The translations under genes and the position numbers were made by a program. From assembly GCA_030587475.2 (NCBI GenBank), contig JAUQYZ020000001.1, positions 1-41,700 on the forward strand: a stretch of 41,700 bases of DNA, given 5' to 3'. This document shows positions 36,134 to 41,700 of this stretch, piece by piece (within the stretch, counting starts at the first letter, position 1; each line of letters starts with the position of its first letter). Source of the DNA: Candidatus Sigynarchaeum calidifontis. Lineage in GTDB: Archaea; Asgardarchaeota; Lokiarchaeia; Sigyniarchaeales; Sigyniarchaeaceae. Below the pieces are notes generated by a model that saw only the letters and a list, made by a program, of their open reading frames with translations, was not told where the DNA came from and searched no databases.

Positions 36134-36931
36134 ATGATGAACCGGCAGACTATCGGCGCCCCCGTCGTGGGCGGCACTTTCAAGATCGAACCAGGCCAGC
36201 CAGGCACTGGCCTCGTTATAAACGGGATCCCGCTTCAGCCCGTGAACATCATCCACGCCGATCACCGGGTAGACATCCGCCAAGGTTACAACGTCGCGCT
36301 CATTGTCGAGCATCCCGTGGCCGCTGCAACCTTGTTCGCCATCCATGACGCGAAGATCACGGGAAACAGGAAATCCTGGGATTTTTACCGGGCGGCCGAT
36401 CGCGAAGCACACGCGAGGGGTCTCAAGCCTGACGCCGTTCTTGGCCTCGCGGACGGCTCCATAGGCAGGGACGTGGCCGAGCAAATGAGACGCACGGCCA
36501 TCGTCGAAAGCGACGTGCCCCTCGTGATCAACACGGTCGCTGAACCTGCTGTCATCGAAAAAGATGACGGGAACTGGATCAGCATCCACCCTGCGATAAA
36601 GGGCGTTCACGTGCTTGATATCTCGGTCTCCATGTTCAACCTCGGCCCATTGCATGCCACGCTCGACCCGGTGAAAGGATTATTGGACGATGCGGGTACA
36701 AGTGACTTGAAGATCGATGTGCTCAACGCGCGATCCTCGGCGGTTATCGGGCTGAAGCAAGAAGGCTTGCTTCACGCGCTGGGTGACATCGTCGCCGACA
36801 TCGCTGGCACGGGTAACATCCGCGCTGGAAAAATCGATGCTCGGCTCAGCATAGGATACCACAAGGCCTCGATCGGCCTTGTCCAGAAACTGATCAGTCA
36901 AAAGCTGATCGTTCCAATTCTTGAGCGATGA
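36134..36931 (+). CDS. LpxC-like Zn-dependent deacetylase homolog
   Basis: RQTI..PV, PGQPGTGL, IVEHPVAA, ADGS, LHALGDIVADI and GYH are collinear with LpxC QRTL, PAPANTG, TVEHLxAA, MDGS, RHKxLDxxGDL and SGH. Confidence 0.75.
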   Translation: MMNRQTIGAPVVGGTFKIEPGQPGTGLVINGIPLQPVNIIHADHRVDIRQGYNVALIVEHPVAAATLFAIHDAKITGNRKSWDFYRAADREAHARGLKPDAVLGLADGSIGRDVAEQMRRTAIVESDVPLVINTVAEPAVIEKDDGNWISIHPAIKGVHVLDISVSMFNLGPLHATLDPVKGLLDDAGTSDLKIDVLNARSSAVIGLKQEGLLHALGDIVADIAGTGNIRAGKIDARLSIGYHKASIGLVQKLISQKLIVPILER

Positions 36932-37156
36932 TTCGGTAACCATGAACATGCAACAGACATACCACGTCATGGTTCGTTCACGACCGTGAAGGATGCCGGC
37001 TGTTTGCTGGAATTAAGTCGATTAATATGGAAATCCCTTGTTACTTTTGGTATATTTTCCACGGATGGGTCTTGCATCTCCTTTTCTTCGGAGGAAAATG
37101 TTATTTCAGATGCGAAATTCCTTCCTTTATCCAGCAAAAGCCGGCGAATATCACCT

Positions 37157-38632
37157 ATGGCCAACCTCCACACGAACACTGCGACGAATCTGCTCCAATT
37201 GATATCGACGGGCGAAACGACGCCCCTGGAGGTCATGGCAACCTATCTCGAGCGGATCGAAAAGATCGAACCAAAACTACACGCGCTCACATTCGTTAAC
37301 AAGGATGCTGCGCTGAAGGCGGCCGAAAAAGCCACAAAGGAGCTGAAAAGTGCCAAGGGCAAGAAGAAGCCACTGTTGGGCATGCCTGTCATCATCAAAG
37401 AATGCATCTCCACGAGCGGGATCCAGACGACTTGTTGCTCCAGGATATTACAAGGTTACATCCCACCATACGACGCGACCGTCGTCACGCGACTGAAACA
37501 AGCTGGTGCCATCATCATCGCCAAGTCAAACATGGACGAATTCGCTATGGGCTCGTCGACCGAGCGCTCGTGTTATGGCCCCACGCTGAACCCGTGGAAC
37601 GTGAAGCGCGTGCCCGGCGGGTCGAGCGGTGGTAGCGGCGCGGCGGTCGCTGCGCGCGAGGCACCCTTGTCCCTCGGTTCCGACACGGGTGGTTCCATCC
37701 GCTGCCCCGCGGCATATTGTGGCGTGTCCGGCATCAAGTCGACCTACGGCCGCGTGTCCCGGTATGGCCTCGTGGCCTACGCCAACAGCTTGGAGCAGAT
37801 CGGCCCCATCACGCTCACGGCTCGCGACAGCGCCTTGCTGCTCGAGATCATCGCAGGCAAGGATCCCGCGGATTCCACGTCCGTGGACATTCCCGTGGAC
37901 AAGTATTCGCAAGGCATCACGTCGCTCAAGGGCTTGAAGGTCGGCATTCCGAAAGAATTTTTCGGCGAGGGGTTGAACGCCGACGTTAAAGCCGCCGTCG
38001 AGAAAGCCATCGATAAGCTGAAAGAGCTCGGTGCCACGACCCAGGAAATTTCCTTGCCATCGATCAAGTACGCCCTCCCCACCTACTACCTCATTGCCAT
38101 GTGCGAAGCGTCGTCGAACCTCGCGCGGTTCGATGGCCTCCGGTACGGCCTCCGCGTCGATGTCCCGAAGGGAAACTACGACGCGATGTTTTCCAAGACG
38201 CGCCAGGAGGGCTTCGGCCCGGAGGTACGCCGACGCATCATTCTCGGCACCTATGCCTTGTCCGCGGGCTACTACGACATGTTTTACGTGAAGGCACTCA
38301 AGGCGCGCACGGTCATTCAAGCCGATTTCAAGAAGGCCCTTGCCAAGGTCGACGTGCTCGTTGGGCCAACCATGCCCACGACCGCGTTCGAGATCGGGAC
38401 GAAAATCGACGACCCGCTCACGATGTATCTCGAGGACATCCTCACGGTGCCCATCAACCTCGCTGGCGTGCCGTCGTTATCCGTACCTGTCGGAACCGAC
38501 AAGGAGGGAATGCCGATCGGCATGCAAATCATGGGGAACTTTTTCAAGGAGCAGCAAGTCCTCGGGGTCGGCATGGCGCTGGAGGACGTGCTGCAGTTTT
38601 ACAAGAAAATTCCACCGCTGGCGGAGGCGTGA
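37157..38632 (+). CDS. gatA: Asp/Glu-tRNA amidotransferase subunit A
   Basis: NMDEFAMGSST, PGGSSGGS, GSDTGGSIRCPA, EASSNLARFDGLRYG. Confidence 0.97.
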   Translation: MANLHTNTATNLLQLISTGETTPLEVMATYLERIEKIEPKLHALTFVNKDAALKAAEKATKELKSAKGKKKPLLGMPVIIKECISTSGIQTTCCSRILQGYIPPYDATVVTRLKQAGAIIIAKSNMDEFAMGSSTERSCYGPTLNPWNVKRVPGGSSGGSGAAVAAREAPLSLGSDTGGSIRCPAAYCGVSGIKSTYGRVSRYGLVAYANSLEQIGPITLTARDSALLLEIIAGKDPADSTSVDIPVDKYSQGITSLKGLKVGIPKEFFGEGLNADVKAAVEKAIDKLKELGATTQEISLPSIKYALPTYYLIAMCEASSNLARFDGLRYGLRVDVPKGNYDAMFSKTRQEGFGPEVRRRIILGTYALSAGYYDMFYVKALKARTVIQADFKKALAKVDVLVGPTMPTTAFEIGTKIDDPLTMYLEDILTVPINLAGVPSLSVPVGTDKEGMPIGMQIMGNFFKEQQVLGVGMALEDVLQFYKKIPPLAEA

Positions 38633-38638
38633 AACGAC

Positions 38639-40081
38639 ATGACGGCCGACGACGAGATGCAAGTGATCATCGGGCTCGAGGTACACATCCAGCTCAACAA
38701 GCTGCGCACGAAACTGTGGTGTTCGTGCACGTCGGAATACCACGGCAAGGAACCGAACACTGTGCTGTGTCCGGTGTGTTTGGCCCTGCCCGGCACGCTC
38801 CCCGTCCTCAACAAGCGCGCGATCGAATTTGCCATCTTGCTTGGCCTCGCGCTCAAGGCCGATGTCCAAAAGGAGACGTTCTTCTATCGAAAAAATTATT
38901 TTTACCCGGACATGTGCAAAAATTTTCAAATTTCGCAGTATGACAAGGCGGGCGGCGTCCCGATCTGCGTGGGTGGCGAGCTCACCTTCCGTGTTGGCAA
39001 GGAATCGCGCACCGTGCATTTCTTACGCGTGCACATAGAAGAAGATCCAGGCCGCATCGCTTATGAGGGATCGATAACGACCTCGCCGGTGGCTTACATC
39101 GACTATAACCGTCACGGCATGGCACTACTCGAGGCGGTCACCGCCCCGGAACTCCGAAGCCCAGAGGAAGCACGAGCATTCCTCAAGAAACTGCGGGCGA
39201 TCGTGGAACACCTTGGTATCGCGGATTTGAGTCTCGAAGGCTCAATGCGCTGCGACGCGAACATCTCGTACAAGGGATATTCCCGCGTGGAAGTCAAGAA
39301 CATCTCTTCCATGAAGGAGGTCGAGAAGGCGCTCACGTTCGAGATGATGCGGCAGAAACAAAAGATCAAGGGTGGTGGGGAGATCGTGCAAGAAACGCGC
39401 CACTGGGACGAGGTGCGCCGGGTCACGATCTCGCTTCGCACGAAGGAGACTGAAAAAGACTACCGGTACTTCCCCGAGCCGGATCTCGTGCCTGTCGCCA
39501 TCGACAAGAAGATGATCGACACCACGCTCAAGGCGATGCCCGAGCTGCCCGACGCCCGCATCCAGCGGTTCGTGAAACAGTACCAGATCCCCGAATACGA
39601 TGCTAGCGTGCTGTGCGACTCCAAGGCCATGGCTGATTTCTACGAGGCATCGGTAAAATTATTTAACGATCCCAAGGACGTTTCCAACTGGCTCATGGGC
39701 GACGTATCCCGCCGGCTCAATGAAAGCTTGCTTGAAATCGAGGAAACCAAGCTCACGCCGAAAGCACTCGCCCAGATGCTCCAGCTGATCAAGGATGGCA
39801 CGATCACGGGCAAGATCGCCAAGGGACTCGTGAAAGACATGCTTTCGGGTGCGATGCCAGCGGACTTGATCAAGAAGCACGATGTCAAGCGCATCGACGA
39901 CGTGGCCACGTTGGAGAAGATAGCCCGAGAAGTTATCGTCGAGAACCCAAAGGTCGTCGAGGAGATCAAGGTAGGCAAGAATCCCCGCACGTTCGAATTC
40001 CTCGTCGGCCAGGTCATGAAGAAGACGAAGGGTCAAGCTGATCCCGAGCTCACGCGGGAGATCCTCAAGAAATTCCTTTAA
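38639..40081 (+). CDS. gatB: Asp/Glu-tRNA amidotransferase subunit B
   Basis: IGLEVHIQL, RKNYFYPD, HIEEDPG, RCDANIS, EVKN, YRYFPEPDL. Confidence 0.97.
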   Translation: MTADDEMQVIIGLEVHIQLNKLRTKLWCSCTSEYHGKEPNTVLCPVCLALPGTLPVLNKRAIEFAILLGLALKADVQKETFFYRKNYFYPDMCKNFQISQYDKAGGVPICVGGELTFRVGKESRTVHFLRVHIEEDPGRIAYEGSITTSPVAYIDYNRHGMALLEAVTAPELRSPEEARAFLKKLRAIVEHLGIADLSLEGSMRCDANISYKGYSRVEVKNISSMKEVEKALTFEMMRQKQKIKGGGEIVQETRHWDEVRRVTISLRTKETEKDYRYFPEPDLVPVAIDKKMIDTTLKAMPELPDARIQRFVKQYQIPEYDASVLCDSKAMADFYEASVKLFNDPKDVSNWLMGDVSRRLNESLLEIEETKLTPKALAQMLQLIKDGTITGKIAKGLVKDMLSGAMPADLIKKHDVKRIDDVATLEKIAREVIVENPKVVEEIKVGKNPRTFEFLVGQVMKKTKGQADPELTREILKKFL

Positions 40082-40196
40082 AAATAGATTCGCAGTACAC
40101 TTGTTGGAATCTTCGCAAGTCTTTGGATGTTTTGGGTAATGTGATCGTTAACCTAAGAAGCATACATGTGAAGTCGCCGTAGAAATGTTCGGCGAT

Positions 40197-41697
40197 GGTC
40201 TCATTTAGAACCCTAAAACGAAACAAATATCTCAGTGAGACCAGTTTTACCGACTAATGATGTTTCACCTCTTCTTGTTTTACCCCGTTTTTAAGCCTTT
40301 GCTTGCACCTCGATGCTGCAATTCGAGTAATCGGCCTTGAAATCAGGTCCAACCATTCGTTTGAAGAAAATACCCGCTCGATATCGTCGTCTTGTTTTCA
40401 TGCACGGTTGCAACATTGGCTCGTTCTGCAAATGCATCACGGCACGTATCCGTCCATCAAGCGCCACCACTGACCGCGACCCGCCTAAATGGACGACCGT
40501 CCGGATGATATCATTCGTCGTTTCCGAGTGATTGTTCTGAATGCACCTTCCAGCAAACAAGTCGAATGCATCTTGCATGCCCTTCACCACTGGCGGGATC
40601 GCGCCATTCGAAAATACCAGCCTGCCTTTATTCGGTCTCTCCTTGACGTATCCCTTCCGACCGGTCTTGAACACGTCGAACAAGCTCGGACGTCCACGTT
40701 TTTTCGGCTTTTTCTTGTCTGGCAACTTCGTCTTCTCCTTGTTCGTTGACCCTTTCGGGCGGCCGCGCGGCTTCGGCGCGGGCGGATTGACCGGTTTCGT
40801 GACTTGCTTGACGTGGTACTGTCGTTTCCTTTGCTTCTTGAAGATAGCCGTGCGCACGCCGATCAATGTCTCGATGCGCACGTCGCCGTCGTACTCGATG
40901 CGCTCGATGATGGCCCTGTCGCATGGTATCTCATGGGGGTGCACGATCAGTGTTAACGGGTATCCGAGATGGCGGGCCATCGCGCGCGTGACCTCGTGGG
41001 CGTCTGCCGTGATGACCTCAATTCGTCGAGGCGAGTTCGCTTGCGCCTCGTCGAAAGCCTTCCGCATATCAGCTTCCGCGCGTGCCGGCGAGACGTTGAT
41101 GCCGAGCACCTTCGATGACCTGTAGCCATGAACGATGATCGCGCAGATGGTTTCCCCGTCGATCGTGAAAAACGTCTCGTCGATGGACACCGCGTGATCC
41201 TTGGTTTTTCGATGCACGAGCTTGTCTCGTCGCTTCCCGCGTGCGATGGTTGCATCCACCGCCGATCGTAGCAGCGACACGAACGCGTCCGAGACGCCAT
41301 GCTGCGCGGCGATGGTCTTGGCCTTCGCACCACGCCGGTAGAGGGCATCGATCATCTCGCCGATCTCCCGTTCCACGAACGTGGCGATCTCGCCGGACGT
41401 GAGCACGGTGAACTGCCGCCCGGTCTTTTTGCCACGCTTGATGCGACACGCCTCGTTCTTGCAGAGGAATGCAGCAACCGGGCCATCTTCTCTTGGGCGG
41501 GAGCCGTCGCGAACGATATCGGTCGAGAAACAATCGGGACAGCAAATCACCAAGCTAGATACGAGGAGGAACGCGCCATACTCGGTCTTGAACATGATGG
41601 ACGCACGAAGTTCCGGCCTTTTCACGTGTTTTCGTTTTACCATGACTATAGAATGGTATAACTCGCTAACGGGCCTTTTATAATCTTCAGTGATGCC
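40197..41697 (-). mobile_element. Putative insertion sequence; ends tentative
   Basis: Transposase flanked by weakly similar GG-starting ends: ggtctcatttagaa at 40197 and ggcatcactgaaga (reverse complement ending at 41697). Confidence 0.45.
40291..41643 (-). CDS. DDE transposase (IS1/IS6-like) with Zn ribbon, HTH and two AT-hooks
   Basis: CPDC..x..CKNEAC; KTIAAQHGVSDAFVS HTH; SIDETF, ITADAH and NNHSE catalytic residues; PRGRPKG and KRGRPS. Confidence 0.85.
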   Translation of the reverse strand: MVKRKHVKRPELRASIMFKTEYGAFLLVSSLVICCPDCFSTDIVRDGSRPREDGPVAAFLCKNEACRIKRGKKTGRQFTVLTSGEIATFVEREIGEMIDALYRRGAKAKTIAAQHGVSDAFVSLLRSAVDATIARGKRRDKLVHRKTKDHAVSIDETFFTIDGETICAIIVHGYRSSKVLGINVSPARAEADMRKAFDEAQANSPRRIEVITADAHEVTRAMARHLGYPLTLIVHPHEIPCDRAIIERIEYDGDVRIETLIGVRTAIFKKQRKRQYHVKQVTKPVNPPAPKPRGRPKGSTNKEKTKLPDKKKPKKRGRPSLFDVFKTGRKGYVKERPNKGRLVFSNGAIPPVVKGMQDAFDLFAGRCIQNNHSETTNDIIRTVVHLGGSRSVVALDGRIRAVMHLQNEPMLQPCMKTRRRYRAGIFFKRMVGPDFKADYSNCSIEVQAKA

Positions 41698-41700
41698 ATT

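Noticed and set aside
36986-37156. N-terminal extension of GatA or a fused gatC
   Set aside because: AT-rich, non-protein-like sequence; homology starts at MANLH (37157).
1-41700. tRNA, rRNA genes or selenoprotein UGA read-through
   Set aside because: No cloverleaf/T-loop signature, rRNA-like tract or convincing in-frame UGA continuation was noticed by eye; not exhaustively excluded.

Overview
Archaeal chromosomal window, most likely from an Asgard (Lokiarchaeia-like) organism. This is inferred from archaeal-type ribosomal proteins (S4e, L32e, L19e, Rnp1), phosphopantothenate synthetase, and several eukaryotic-signature-type proteins (roadblock, longin, Rpn11-like JAMM, SNAP-like, PCI/adaptin-appendage-like). 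The left 20 kb mixes trafficking- and proteostasis-like genes with metabolic genes. These include a zinc-ribbon/Pro-rich/roadblock protein with no canonical in-frame start, a tandem SNAP(Sec17)-like protein divergent from an Rpn11-like JAMM/coiled-coil protein, a longin-wHTH protein, proteasome beta followed by a second JAMM, a PCI + adaptin-ear-like + Zn-ribbon protein, Sir2 and a second roadblock. The 20-32.4 kb segment is the S10/spc ribosomal cluster on the minus strand. It is broken twice: a ~625 bp gap before rps3 holds a ~190 nt structured RNA candidate behind its own TATA box, and an amidohydrolase pair sits between rps19 and rpl22. rpl3/4/23/2 and secY are not in their usual places. 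The right end has pyrH, an acidic-tailed TPR protein, PPS, a degenerate M20-fold protein paired with an LpxC-like deacetylase, gatA-gatB and a DDE transposase with AT-hooks. All homology calls are by eye from motifs and remembered family patterns; no searches were run.
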